Origin: an uncultured bacterium
GTDB lineage: Bacteria > Planctomycetota > UBA1135 > GCA-002686595
Length of the DNA stretch: 64,000 nucleotides
Direction: 5' to 3'
NCBI GenBank assembly: GCA_943787795.1
Contig: CALSNU010000004.1
Location: 224,001-288,000 of the forward strand
The notes under the pieces were generated by a model. The model was given only the letters and a program-made list of their open reading frames with translations, searched no databases and was not told the origin of the DNA. The position numbers were made by a program, and so were the translations under genes. Position 1 is the first letter of the stretch, and every line of letters starts with the position of its first letter. Shown in pieces: positions 17,445 through 27,042 of this stretch.

Positions 17445-19394
17445 ATGAGGAGCAGACTCGCCGTCACGACCGCCCGCTGCGCGGTGCTACTCTTCATCCC
17501 GATCGTGGTCGGGAGGATGACCGCCGACGCCGCCTCGGCGCCTTTGACCTCGCTCAGCGCCGCAGACCTCGCCGTCACGAGGCACGACTTGCACGCGGCG
17601 GACAAGCAGGTCATCGAGCTGCTGTGCGTGGAATGCCACGATGGCCCGGAGGCAGAAGCCGGCTTCGACATCGGCCGCCTCGTCGCCTCGGAACAGGTCG
17701 CCGAGGACCTCTTCGAGTGGCGCAGGGCCCGGGCCATGATCGAGTCCAACGCGATGCCTCCGCCCATGCGTTCCGGCCGGGGCGGTGGCCTGGACGAGGA
17801 GGACCGCCGGGCGGCCCTCTCCTTTCTGGACGTGGTCGAGCGCGAGGCCCTCGCGCGCGGTGGCGCGGCCGGCGAGGAGCCTGCGCGTCGCCTCACCCGG
17901 GACGAGCTCGCCCACGCCCTCCAGGACCTCCTCGCCGTCGACCTGGACGTCGCGGCGCTCATGCCGCCGGAGCTGATCGCCGAGAACAGCTTCGACACCA
18001 ACGGCGCGACGCTCTTCATTCACGGGCAGTGGCTGCAGCGGGCGGATATCGCCGTGCGCGTGGCGGTCGACGCGGCTGTCCCCGACGGCTCCCTGGCCGC
18101 GGGACGCCCCCTCCCCACCCTGCCCGCCCTCCTCCGGCGCGCCTTCCGACGCCCACCGACGGCCGAGGAGCTGGAGCGCTACGGTCAACTCGAGACAGAT
18201 CGGCTCGCGGCAGGTGCGACCCCGGAGGGCGCCCTCCGGCAGACGCTGACGGCGATCCTCTCCTCCCCGCACTTCCGGCTCCGGCTGGAAGATCTGCCGC
18301 CCGAGGTGGACGGCGCTGGGGAGCTGGAGCGCCAGCCGCTCGAGGCCAGCGAGCCCGAGCGCGCGGTCAGCCCCCACGGACTCGCGAGCCGGCTCTCGTT
18401 CTTGCTCTGGTGCGCTCCGCCCGACGACCGCCTCCTGGACCTCGCGGACGCCGGCACGCTCGCGGACCCCGAGGTCCTCGCGACCGAAGCCGCGCGCCTG
18501 CTGGAGGACCCCCGCGCGCTGCGCTTCGCCCGGAGCTTCGCGGGGCAGTGGCTCGGCACCCGCCGCGTTGGGCGGGAGCTCAAGCCGGATCCCATCGACA
18601 ACCCCGCCATGACCGACTCGCTCATGGCGGACATGCGCGACGAGGTGGCGCGCTTCTTCCTCCTGCTCCTGCGGGAGGGGGCCCCACTAGACGACCTGCT
18701 CCTCGGCCGCGAGACATTCCTCACCGAGGAGCTCGCGCGCTTCTACGGGGTCGAGGTCGTTGGGGTCGAGGTCGTCGGGGGCGGGGTCGCCCGGACCGAG
18801 GTCCCCGAGCGGCGCGCCGGTCTCTTCGGCAAGGCGGCGGTGCTCGCCGCGACCTCCTACCCCGATCGCACGAGCCCCGTCTTGCGCGGCGCGTGGATCC
18901 TCGACGACCTGCTCGGGACGCCGCCGCCCCCTCCTCCGCCCGGCGCCAGCGAGATCGATGAGGAGACCTTCGAGGCCGCCGAGGAGCTTGGCGCCCGGGC
19001 CATCCTCGAGCTGCACAGGGCCTCCCCGGCCTGCGCCTCCTGCCACGACCGCATCGACCCGCTGGGGTTCGCGCTCGACGGCTTCGACCGGTTCGGCCGC
19101 CGCCGCGGCCGCGACGACCTCGGCCAGCGAGTGGATGAGCGCGGGGCGCTCCCGGGCGGGCCCACGTTCAAGGGACCCGAGGCGCTCTCGCGCGCGATCC
19201 TCACGCACCGCCGCGCCGAGCTGTCCCGCGAGATCGCCCGGCGCCTGCTGCGGTTCGCACTCGGGCGCCCGCTGGAGTGGTCCGATGAGCGCACCGTGGT
19301 CGAGCTCGGCGCGGTCCTCAGCGACCGCGGCTTCGGCGCGCTGCTGGAGTCCTTGATCGCCTGTCGACCGTTCACGAGGGTGACCCTTCGATGA
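17445..19394 (+). CDS. Planctomycete-type cytochrome c protein with DUF1587/1595/1592/1588/1585 domains
   Basis: CVECH and CASCH heme motifs, RRLT, LASRLSFLLW, FAGQWL, TSPVLRGAWIL, IDPLGFAL. Confidence 0.88.
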   Translation: MRSRLAVTTARCAVLLFIPIVVGRMTADAASAPLTSLSAADLAVTRHDLHAADKQVIELLCVECHDGPEAEAGFDIGRLVASEQVAEDLFEWRRARAMIESNAMPPPMRSGRGGGLDEEDRRAALSFLDVVEREALARGGAAGEEPARRLTRDELAHALQDLLAVDLDVAALMPPELIAENSFDTNGATLFIHGQWLQRADIAVRVAVDAAVPDGSLAAGRPLPTLPALLRRAFRRPPTAEELERYGQLETDRLAAGATPEGALRQTLTAILSSPHFRLRLEDLPPEVDGAGELERQPLEASEPERAVSPHGLASRLSFLLWCAPPDDRLLDLADAGTLADPEVLATEAARLLEDPRALRFARSFAGQWLGTRRVGRELKPDPIDNPAMTDSLMADMRDEVARFFLLLLREGAPLDDLLLGRETFLTEELARFYGVEVVGVEVVGGGVARTEVPERRAGLFGKAAVLAATSYPDRTSPVLRGAWILDDLLGTPPPPPPPGASEIDEETFEAAEELGARAILELHRASPACASCHDRIDPLGFALDGFDRFGRRRGRDDLGQRVDERGALPGGPTFKGPEALSRAILTHRRAELSREIARRLLRFALGRPLEWSDERTVVELGAVLSDRGFGALLESLIACRPFTRVTLR

Positions 19395-20728
19395 CCTTCC
19401 CTGTCCTCCGCCCCTTGGCGCGGCGCACCTTCCTGCGCGGTGCCTGCGCCACGATCGTCGCCCCCTACCTCGAGGCCCTCGCGCCCCGGGGGAGCGCGCC
19501 GCCCGTCCGCGCCGCGTGGCTCTACTTCCCCAACGGCGTCGCCGACGGGTCCTGGGCGCCCAGCGCGGATCGCGGGGGGAGGCTCCGGCGATTGAACGAG
19601 ACGATGGCGCCGCTGGAGCGGCACCGGGAGCGCATCGTCATCCCCCAGAGGGTGTTCACCCCCCGGGGGAACGGGCACGGGGCGGGCACCGCCACCTGGC
19701 TCACCGGAGCGGACTGGGAACACCGGGAGCTCAACGCCCACGGCCCGAGCATCGACCAGGTGATCGCCCGCGAGTTCGCCGACGAGCACGTCGTCCCCGC
19801 TCTGACCATCAGCGCCAGGGGCGAGGGCTTCTTCGCCGCTGATGTCCCCCGCAACACGATGTCGTGGGCGGCCCCCGGTCGCCCCGTCTTCCGCGAGACC
19901 GACCCGCGGGCCGTCTTCCAGCAGCTCTTCGGCGGCGGCCCCTCCGCAGACACGAGCCTGCTGGATGACCTCAAGGACCAGGTCCGCGCGCTCCAGCGGC
20001 GCGTGTCCCAGTCCGATCGACGGCAGCTCGACGCCTACCTCGACGCCATCCGCACCCTGGAGCGCCGCATCGCCTTTGTCCAGGACGAGGCCACCGCCCG
20101 CCGGCTCGCCCGAGCCTCCGAGCTCGGGCTCCCCTTCGACCCCGCGCGCCCGATCGAGGCGGTCCCCGAGGACCACGGCGAGTACCTCGACCTCCTCCTC
20201 GATCTCGTGGCCCTCGCCCTGTGGTCCGGGGCCTCCCGCTGCGCGTCGTTCATGCTCGATCACGGCCAGTCCAACCGCTACTGCACGTTCGTCCCCGGCG
20301 TGCGCGGCACGTGGCACGCCCTCTCTCACTGGAAGGACACCTCAGGGAAGACCGAGGACGACGACGGCGTCACGAGCTGGAGCTCTCGCCGCTCCAAGCG
20401 CGAGATGTACGACGCGGTCGTGACCTGGCACCACGAGCGGGTCGCCCGCTTCCTGGACCGCCTCGCCTCATTGCCCGAGACCGGCGGCTCCCTGCTGGAC
20501 CAGTCGATGGTCATGTACGGCTCCTCCATCTCCGACGGACACGAGCACGGCGAGCGGGACCTGCCCGTCCTCATCGCGGGCGGCGCGGGCGGCGCCGTGC
20601 GCGGCGGCCGGCTGCTGCGCCAGCGCCGCGAGACCCCCCTCGAGCGGCTGCACCTCGCCACCCTCCGCGCCACCGGCGTGAGCGCGGACAAGTTCGGCGA
20701 CGAGGACTCCCCCCTCGACCTGACCTGA
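19391..20728 (+). CDS. DUF1552 (HxxSH-type) family protein, Tat-exported
   Basis: RRTFLRG twin-arginine, YFPNG, SIDQVIA, WHALSHW, LPVLIAGG; usual partner of the upstream gene; 4-bp overlap. Confidence 0.9.
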   Translation: MTFPVLRPLARRTFLRGACATIVAPYLEALAPRGSAPPVRAAWLYFPNGVADGSWAPSADRGGRLRRLNETMAPLERHRERIVIPQRVFTPRGNGHGAGTATWLTGADWEHRELNAHGPSIDQVIAREFADEHVVPALTISARGEGFFAADVPRNTMSWAAPGRPVFRETDPRAVFQQLFGGGPSADTSLLDDLKDQVRALQRRVSQSDRRQLDAYLDAIRTLERRIAFVQDEATARRLARASELGLPFDPARPIEAVPEDHGEYLDLLLDLVALALWSGASRCASFMLDHGQSNRYCTFVPGVRGTWHALSHWKDTSGKTEDDDGVTSWSSRRSKREMYDAVVTWHHERVARFLDRLASLPETGGSLLDQSMVMYGSSISDGHEHGERDLPVLIAGGAGGAVRGGRLLRQRRETPLERLHLATLRATGVSADKFGDEDSPLDLT

Positions 20729-20747
20729 GGCGCGTCCCAGACACCGA

Positions 20748-20784
20748 GAGAGCCCCCTGTCCGCATGGCGGACAGGGGGCTCTC
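20748..20784. terminator. Hairpin between convergent genes, probable bidirectional terminator
   Basis: GAGAGCCCCCTGTCCGC-ATG-GCGGACAGGGGGCTCTC, 17-bp perfect stem. Confidence 0.75.
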
Positions 20785-20824
20785 GGAGTCCAGGGCGGTG
20801 AGGCCCCAGATCAGCCGGCGGGGA

Positions 20825-22939
20825 TCACTCCCCCATCAGCTTGGCGGCGATGCCGGCCGGGACGTCGCGGTACTCGGAGAGCTCCATGGAGAACTGCCCA
20901 CGGCCCTGGGTCGAGCCCCGGAGCGCCGAGGAGTAGGCGAACATCTCGGCGATCGGGACCATCGCGTGCACGAGGCGGATGTCGCCCTGGTGCTCGATCT
21001 CCGCGATCTCGCCGCGGCGCGAGTTGAGGTCACCGACGACTGAGCCGACGAACTCCTCCGGAACGCTGACCTCGACCTTCATGATCGGCTCGAGGAGCAC
21101 GGTGTTGTTCTCGATCGACTGGCGGAAGGCCAGGTTGCCAGCGGCGCGGAACGCCATCTCGCTCGAGTCAACGTCGTGGCTCTTGCCGTCGTAGAGGCGC
21201 GCCTTCGTGCTGACGAAGGGGATGCCCGTGTTGCCGCCCGTGGTGAACATCTCCTCGAGGGCGCTCGCGACGCTCGGGATGTACTCGCGCGGGACCGCGC
21301 CACCCTTGATGCCGTCGACGAATTCGAAGCCGCTGACCTCGGGGTCGTACTCGATGACGACGCTGATGACGGCGTACTGACCGGAACCACCCGACTGACG
21401 GATGTGTCGAGCCTGGGTGTCGATCTGCTTCTTGATGCGCTGCTTGAACGCCACCTTGGGACGGCCGGTACGAACGTCACACTTGTGATCGTTCTTGATC
21501 CGGTTGACCATGATCTCCAGGTGGAGCTCGCCCATGCCGGAGATGATCAGGTCGCCGGTGGCCTCGTTGGTGAAGGCCTTGAAGGTCGGGTCCTCGCGCA
21601 TCATCCGGCCGATGATCTCGCTCAGCTTGTCGCGGTCGGTGGCCTTCTCGGGCTCGAGCGACATGGAGATGACCGACTCGGGGAAGGACATCTTCATCAG
21701 CTGGATCGGGTGGTCGTCGTCACAGAGCGTGTCGCCGGTCACCGTGTTCTTGAGGCCGATGATGGCCGCGATGTCGCCAGCGGGGACCGAGTCAACGGCC
21801 TCGCGCTTGTTGGCGTGGACGCGGACGAGGCGGCCGATGCGCTCCGTCTTGCCGGTGCGCGGGTTCTGCAGCTTGGAGCCCTTCTCGAGGGTGCCCGAGT
21901 AGACCCGGACGAAGGTCATGTCGCCCGTGGGCTCCGCGACCGTCTTGAACGCCATCAGGGACACGTAGTCGTCCGGCGTGGGCTTGCGGGTGATCTTCTC
22001 TTCCTTGCGGGGCAAGGTGCCCTCGACGTCGCCGAGCTCGGCAGGCGCCGGGAGGAAGTCGAGGGCTGCGTCGAGGACGAAGCGGACGCCCTTGTCCTTG
22101 AGCGCGGAGCCGGCGAGGACCGGCACGCAGTTCATGGCGAGGGTCTCGGCGCGCAGGCCCATGATGATCTCGTCCTCGGTGAGCTCTTCGCCCTCGAGGT
22201 ACTTGTTCATCAGGTCGTCGTCGCCGGTCGCGGCGGCCTCGACGAGGTTGTGGCGCGCCGCCTCGGCGGCCTCCTTGTGCTCCTCGGGGATCTCGCCCTC
22301 CATGTAGGAGCGACCGCCGTCCGTGGAGTCATCGATGAACTCGACGTACTTCATCCGGATCAGGTCGACGAAGCCGGCGAACTCCTTCTCGGCGCCGATC
22401 GGCAGCTGAATCGGGACCGGGTTGGCGCCGAGGCGCTCGCGGATGGTGCCGACGCTGAACTCGAAGTTCGCGCCGACCTTGTCCATCTTGTTGATGAAGC
22501 AGATCCGGGGGACGCCGTAGCGATCAGCCTGACGCCAAACGGTCTCGGACTGCGCCTCAACACCCTGCTTGCCGTCGAACACCGCGACCGCGCCGTCGAG
22601 GACGCGGAGCGAGCGCTCCACCTCGACCGTGAAGTCCACGTGACCCGGCGTGTCGATGATGTTGATGACGTGGTTGTTCCACTCGCAGGTGGTCGCCGCC
22701 GACTGGATCGTGATGCCGCGCTTCTGCTCCTCCTCGAGGAAGTCCATCGTGGCGTCGCCGTCGTGGACTTCGCCGGTCTTATGGACCATGCCCGTAAGGA
22801 ACAGGACGCGCTCGGTGACGGTGGTCTTCCCGGCGTCGATGTGGGCCATGATCCCGATGTTGCGCTTCAACGAGGGGTCGTTCTTCTTGGCCGCGAATTG
22901 ACGCGGGGAGACGTTCTTCTTCTCCACGGTGGTGCTCAT
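20825..22939 (-). CDS. fusA: Elongation factor G, outside the str operon
   Basis: [54 protein letters not shown]. Confidence 0.95.
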   Translation of the reverse strand: MSTTVEKKNVSPRQFAAKKNDPSLKRNIGIMAHIDAGKTTVTERVLFLTGMVHKTGEVHDGDATMDFLEEEQKRGITIQSAATTCEWNNHVINIIDTPGHVDFTVEVERSLRVLDGAVAVFDGKQGVEAQSETVWRQADRYGVPRICFINKMDKVGANFEFSVGTIRERLGANPVPIQLPIGAEKEFAGFVDLIRMKYVEFIDDSTDGGRSYMEGEIPEEHKEAAEAARHNLVEAAATGDDDLMNKYLEGEELTEDEIIMGLRAETLAMNCVPVLAGSALKDKGVRFVLDAALDFLPAPAELGDVEGTLPRKEEKITRKPTPDDYVSLMAFKTVAEPTGDMTFVRVYSGTLEKGSKLQNPRTGKTERIGRLVRVHANKREAVDSVPAGDIAAIIGLKNTVTGDTLCDDDHPIQLMKMSFPESVISMSLEPEKATDRDKLSEIIGRMMREDPTFKAFTNEATGDLIISGMGELHLEIMVNRIKNDHKCDVRTGRPKVAFKQRIKKQIDTQARHIRQSGGSGQYAVISVVIEYDPEVSGFEFVDGIKGGAVPREYIPSVASALEEMFTTGGNTGIPFVSTKARLYDGKSHDVDSSEMAFRAAGNLAFRQSIENNTVLLEPIMKVEVSVPEEFVGSVVGDLNSRRGEIAEIEHQGDIRLVHAMVPIAEMFAYSSALRGSTQGRGQFSMELSEYRDVPAGIAAKLMGE

Positions 22940-23137
22940 CGGAAGTACAGGGAGCGCAGAGACGCACTCGGGTCTGGAGACGCTTAGTTAGGGAGACGCG
23001 GTCCGGAGAGCCGGGTGGCTCCGACGGATAGCGACGGCGGATGGGTTTCGACGCGGGGAGAAGCAGACAGAGGAAGCGGCCGATGGCCGTGCCCCTGATC
23101 GTCCTCTCGACATCAGAAATCCGAGATTGAGCGTAAG

Positions 23138-23165
23138 AGGGTAGGCATGTGGGGGCCTCCGTCAA
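23138..23165 (-). promoter_or_regulatory. Sigma70-type promoter for fusA (TTGACG-16-TACCCT)
   Basis: Read on the minus strand about 200 nt upstream of the ATG. Confidence 0.55.
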
Positions 23166-23244
23166 GCAGCGAACGTCCTCCCTGAGGACTCCTCTCGGTG
23201 AGGGCCACGGTCACGCGGCCTCGTCCCTGCCGACCTGGGCTGGC

Positions 23245-24468
23245 CTACGCCTGGGGGCGATTTCGACCCAGCGACTCATGCGCCGCCACGAATTCGTGGC
23301 TCGCGAAGGCTGCCAGGAGCGACAGATCGCCCGCGAGAACGGTCCCTGCGGCGATCTCAGCCAGGGTGATCACCTTCCCAGGGCCCGCGCAGCCCATCAC
23401 CCGGAGGGCCTCCAAGGCGGTGCCCTGACCGCTCCCCCCCCCCACAGAGCCCAGGAGCAGGCTCGGCAGGGTCAGGGTCGCGTGGAGGTCCCCGCCGCCG
23501 TTCACGTCCAGGTCGAGGAGCCCGGTCGCGCATTCGGTGACGTAGGCCACGTCCTGCCCGCAGGCGAGAAAGAGCGCCGCCAGGGTGTTGGCGGACTGAA
23601 TCGTCCAGTTCTGAGTCCCGAGGTGGGCGAAGCCTGCCGCGTAGGTACGCATCACCCGGACCATGGCCTCCGGCGTGGTCCGCGCCTTCTCGGCGAGCAG
23701 GGTGCGGCTCACGGTCGCCTCGGCGACCACGCTGCGACCGCGCCCCTCCACGAGGGCCCGCGCGTTGGCCCGCTTCTCCACGTCCTGGCCGTGGACGTGG
23801 CGCTCCACCGCCCCGGTGCGCTCCGCGAGATCGGCGCAGCACAGCTCGGCCCCGTGCGCGGCCATGTTGATGCCGATCGCATCCCCGGTCGTGAAGAGCA
23901 GCCGCAGGACGAGCCTGCGTCCCAGGACCTCGGGCTCGACCCGCACCAGTCGGCCGTGGGTGGTGATCGAGGCCACCAGGCCCTGGAACCGCTCGAGGCT
24001 CTCCGCCGCGACCTTCGCCGCCGCCAGCGCGGGCTCGATGCCCTCGTAGACCAGCATCGGGTGCTGGGAGAGCTCGTCGCGGGTGACCCGCGCGCGGACC
24101 CCGCCGCTCGCCCGCACCAGGCCCATGCCGCGCGACGTGGAAGCCACCAGGGCCCCCTCGGTCGTCGCGAGCGGCACGAGGACCTCCCTCGCGCCGTGGG
24201 TCCCGTCCAGGAGCAGGGGGCCGGCGAGCCCCACGGGCACCTGGGCCCAGCCCACCATGTTCTCGATGTTGCCGCGCGCGGCCTCCGGCGCCACCGGCGC
24301 GCCGCCGAGGTGCGGAAGCGGCTGGCCCGCGGCCCGCTCGGCGAGCTTGAGCCGCGCCTGGAGCCAGCCCCGAGAGGGCTCCTCCTCCCTGGGTCCCCGC
24401 GGGATCTGCATCGGACCAGGCGCAGGCTCGCTGCTGGAGTGCTCGGGGGGCTCGCTGGGCTCGTTCAT
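23245..24468 (-). CDS. Hydroxymethylglutaryl-CoA reductase-like protein, class I type, divergent
   Basis: ENMVGWAQVPVGLAGPL, PLATTEGALVASTSRG, TGDAIGINM, ACGQDVA, GSVGGGS, GDLSLLAA...AHESLGR. Confidence 0.85.
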   Translation of the reverse strand: MNEPSEPPEHSSSEPAPGPMQIPRGPREEEPSRGWLQARLKLAERAAGQPLPHLGGAPVAPEAARGNIENMVGWAQVPVGLAGPLLLDGTHGAREVLVPLATTEGALVASTSRGMGLVRASGGVRARVTRDELSQHPMLVYEGIEPALAAAKVAAESLERFQGLVASITTHGRLVRVEPEVLGRRLVLRLLFTTGDAIGINMAAHGAELCCADLAERTGAVERHVHGQDVEKRANARALVEGRGRSVVAEATVSRTLLAEKARTTPEAMVRVMRTYAAGFAHLGTQNWTIQSANTLAALFLACGQDVAYVTECATGLLDLDVNGGGDLHATLTLPSLLLGSVGGGSGQGTALEALRVMGCAGPGKVITLAEIAAGTVLAGDLSLLAAFASHEFVAAHESLGRNRPQA

Positions 24469-24550
24469 TGCTCGCGTGGCAGGCTACTCGCCCGCCCACC
24501 GATCCGATAGCGTCTGGGGACCCCAGGTCTCCCACCGCCCCCCCCACGCC

Positions 24551-25360
24551 ATGTCTCTCAATCTCTTCGGCGCGCTAACCGGCCTCTTCGTGGTCGTCTA
24601 CGACGGTCAGCACGCCCTCCGATTCACCCTCGGGCGCGCGCGCGAGGTCGTCGGCCCCGGCATCCACTTCAAGTGGCCGATCATCCAGACGTTCCGCACC
24701 GAAGAGACCAAGCACACCACGCTCGACCTGGAGCCGCAGGTGATCCAGCTCGATGACGACCTGGTGTACGAGGTGGACGCCAAGGTCGTCTACCAGATCG
24801 TCAACCTGCGCAAGGCCCTGATCGAGATCGACGACCTGGTCACGGGCCTTCAGAACCGCGTCGTCATCGCGGTCCAGTCGGTGGTCGCCCGCCAGAGCCG
24901 GGAGACTGTCACCGATGTGGACGCCATGTGCGACGCGATCCGCGCCGAGCTCGAGCCCGTCGAGGACCAGTGGGGCGTGCGCATCCTGAAGTTCGGGTTC
25001 TCCAACATCTCTCCGTCCCCCACGACGCTCGAGATCACGCAGCTCGAGCTGCTGACCCGCGAGAAGCGCCGCCTCTACGGCGACCTCCGCGAGCGCGGGC
25101 TGACCGAGGAGGCCGCCGTCGCCCTGGTCTCTGGCGCCGTGGTGTCGGTGCACCCGGAGGACCCCGGGCCGCTCCGCCGGCCGAGCAGGGCGGCGCGCGA
25201 CGAATCAGTGGCCGCCGTCGAGGAACAGCTGGCCGATACGGAAGCCGAGAAGCTGCGCCGCGAGGTCCGGCGCAAGCAGAACGAGATGGGGAACTCGGAG
25301 GGCTCGATCGAGGACGACGAGGGCGAGGAGCTCACCGGGGAAGGCGACCAGCCCTCCTGA
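24551..25360 (+). CDS. SPFH/Band 7 domain protein
   Basis: ALRFTLGR...GPGIHFKWPII, VDAKVVYQIV, WGVRILKFGFSNISP. Confidence 0.82.
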   Translation: MSLNLFGALTGLFVVVYDGQHALRFTLGRAREVVGPGIHFKWPIIQTFRTEETKHTTLDLEPQVIQLDDDLVYEVDAKVVYQIVNLRKALIEIDDLVTGLQNRVVIAVQSVVARQSRETVTDVDAMCDAIRAELEPVEDQWGVRILKFGFSNISPSPTTLEITQLELLTREKRRLYGDLRERGLTEEAAVALVSGAVVSVHPEDPGPLRRPSRAARDESVAAVEEQLADTEAEKLRREVRRKQNEMGNSEGSIEDDEGEELTGEGDQPS

Positions 25361-25367
25361 CGACCGC

Positions 25368-26240
25368 GTGTTCCAGTTCCCGTCGATCTCGCCCGACGCG
25401 CTGTACTACATCGGCGCCGTGGTCCTTGCCATCGTCCGCGCCAGCGGCGTGACGGTGAAGAGTGGTAGCACCGGCTTGATCTACACGGTGGGCCGCGTGG
25501 ACCGGCCGGTCCCACGCGGGTTCCGCCCGCTCCTCCCCCTGGTCCGCAAGCTGCCGTTCATGAGCGGCTGCCCACGCCAGGTACTCGAGCCCGGCTTCCA
25601 CCCCATGATCCCGTTCCTCCAGCAGGCGCGGCGGCTCCCCACCCGGTCGCGCACGCTGGACCTCCCCGCCCAGCGTGTCGCCACGCCCGCGGGCCATGTG
25701 TTCGTCGCGGACGCCAACATCGTGTACCGGGTCGTGGACATCCGGAAGGCGCTGATCCAGGTGGACGACGTGGTGCGCGGCATGACCCAGATGCTCACCC
25801 TCGGGGTCCAGGAGGTCCTGCGGTCGGCGCCGATCGAACAGCTCCGGACCGGCGTCGGCCTCGACGAGGCCCTGCGCGCGAACCTGGAGGGCAAGCTCGC
25901 GGCGTGGGGCGTCACGGTGGAGCGCGCCGGCTTCCCGACCATCACGCCCTCCCCCATGACCCTCCGGATCACTCAGCTGGGCCACCAGACCGAGGAGCGC
26001 CAGCGGCAGCTCCGCGCCCTGTTGGACAGCGGCGCAGACGGACCGACCATGGGGGCCCACGCGGGCCTCGGCACGGTGGGCACTCGCCGCTTCTTCAGGA
26101 CGAAGGCGCGGGCACGGAGACGCGATGCCGCCGACCGCCGGGAGCACCTGCGCCTGCGGGCCAGCCTCGAGCGACGCGGCTGGACCGGCGCGGCGATCGA
26201 GGGCGCGCTCCGTCGACTCCGAACAGCCGCTCGCCCCTGA
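25368..26240 (+). CDS. SPFH/Band 7 domain protein, second paralogue
   Basis: LEPGFHPMIPFLQ, ADANIVYRVVD, WGVTVERAGFPTITP; similar to the upstream gene; GTG start. Confidence 0.82.
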   Translation: MFQFPSISPDALYYIGAVVLAIVRASGVTVKSGSTGLIYTVGRVDRPVPRGFRPLLPLVRKLPFMSGCPRQVLEPGFHPMIPFLQQARRLPTRSRTLDLPAQRVATPAGHVFVADANIVYRVVDIRKALIQVDDVVRGMTQMLTLGVQEVLRSAPIEQLRTGVGLDEALRANLEGKLAAWGVTVERAGFPTITPSPMTLRITQLGHQTEERQRQLRALLDSGADGPTMGAHAGLGTVGTRRFFRTKARARRRDAADRREHLRLRASLERRGWTGAAIEGALRRLRTAARP

Positions 26241-26268
26241 GGAGAGCCCTCCAGCGCATCGCGCCCTC

Positions 26269-26348
26269 GGGTGTTGCTGGCCCCGGGTGTCGCTGGCCTC
26301 GGGCGTCGCTGGCCCCGGGCGTCGCTGGCCCCGGGCGTCGCTGGCCCT
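26269..26348. repeat. 5 x 16-bp intergenic tandem repeat (GGGYGTCGCTGGCCCC)
   Basis: Read directly between convergent genes; no spacers. Confidence 0.9.
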
Positions 26349-26381
26349 CGCCGACCCCGAGGGCAGATTCGGTTCGACGGG

Positions 26382-27014
26382 TCAGAAGCCGGGGCGAGAC
26401 GCGTACTCCCACTTCCCGACGCGCTTGCCGTTGATGTATCGGCCCCGCTCGGACCAGGCTCCTTCCTCGTCGTAGAGGACCCACTCGCCGGAGCGTTGGC
26501 CGCCGGCGTATTCCCCTTCGCTCGCGAGGCTCCCGTTCTCGTGCCAGGCGCTCCAGGGCCCGGTGCGGACCCCCGCTCGAGCCAGGCCCTCCGACGAGAC
26601 GAACCCGTTGGCGTGCCACCAGGTCATGCGGGTCGGCCGCTCGGGGTCAAAGGTCGTGGCTGAACGCAGGGCGCCGTTCTGCCACCACGACCACCAGGCG
26701 CCGACCGGCTCGCCGAGGTGATAGGAGCGCACCGAGCGGGGCGCTCCGTCGGGATACCAGGTGGAGTGGCGACCATGGTTCGGGCGGCCGCCGTCCGGCA
26801 TGCGCATGTAGCTGCGCTCCTCGAGCGGCGCTCCCGAGACCTGCTGGCCCTGCACCTCGCGCTCGAGGCGGGGCTCTGAGGGGGGCTGCCGCCTCGCGTT
26901 CCGGTCAAAGGCCGAAGCGATCACGCCTGAATAGCGAGGGCCGCAGCTCCCCGCGAGGGCAGCCGTCAGGGCGAGGAGCGCGAGGAGGATCCGGGCGGGA
27001 GAGGAATTCGGCAT
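26382..27014 (-). CDS. MORN-variant (YwqK-like) repeat lipoprotein
   Basis: Signal with LAGSC; repeats WYPDG, WWQNG, WHANG, WHENG...EGEY. Confidence 0.75.
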   Translation of the reverse strand: MPNSSPARILLALLALTAALAGSCGPRYSGVIASAFDRNARRQPPSEPRLEREVQGQQVSGAPLEERSYMRMPDGGRPNHGRHSTWYPDGAPRSVRSYHLGEPVGAWWSWWQNGALRSATTFDPERPTRMTWWHANGFVSSEGLARAGVRTGPWSAWHENGSLASEGEYAGGQRSGEWVLYDEEGAWSERGRYINGKRVGKWEYASRPGF

Positions 27015-27042
27015 GGCCTGGGACGTAGACTTCGGCAATCCC

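Noticed and set aside
26382..27014. YwqK-type antitoxin of a toxin-antitoxin system
   Set aside because: Only generic MORN-variant repeats on a lipoprotein; no adjacent toxin gene.
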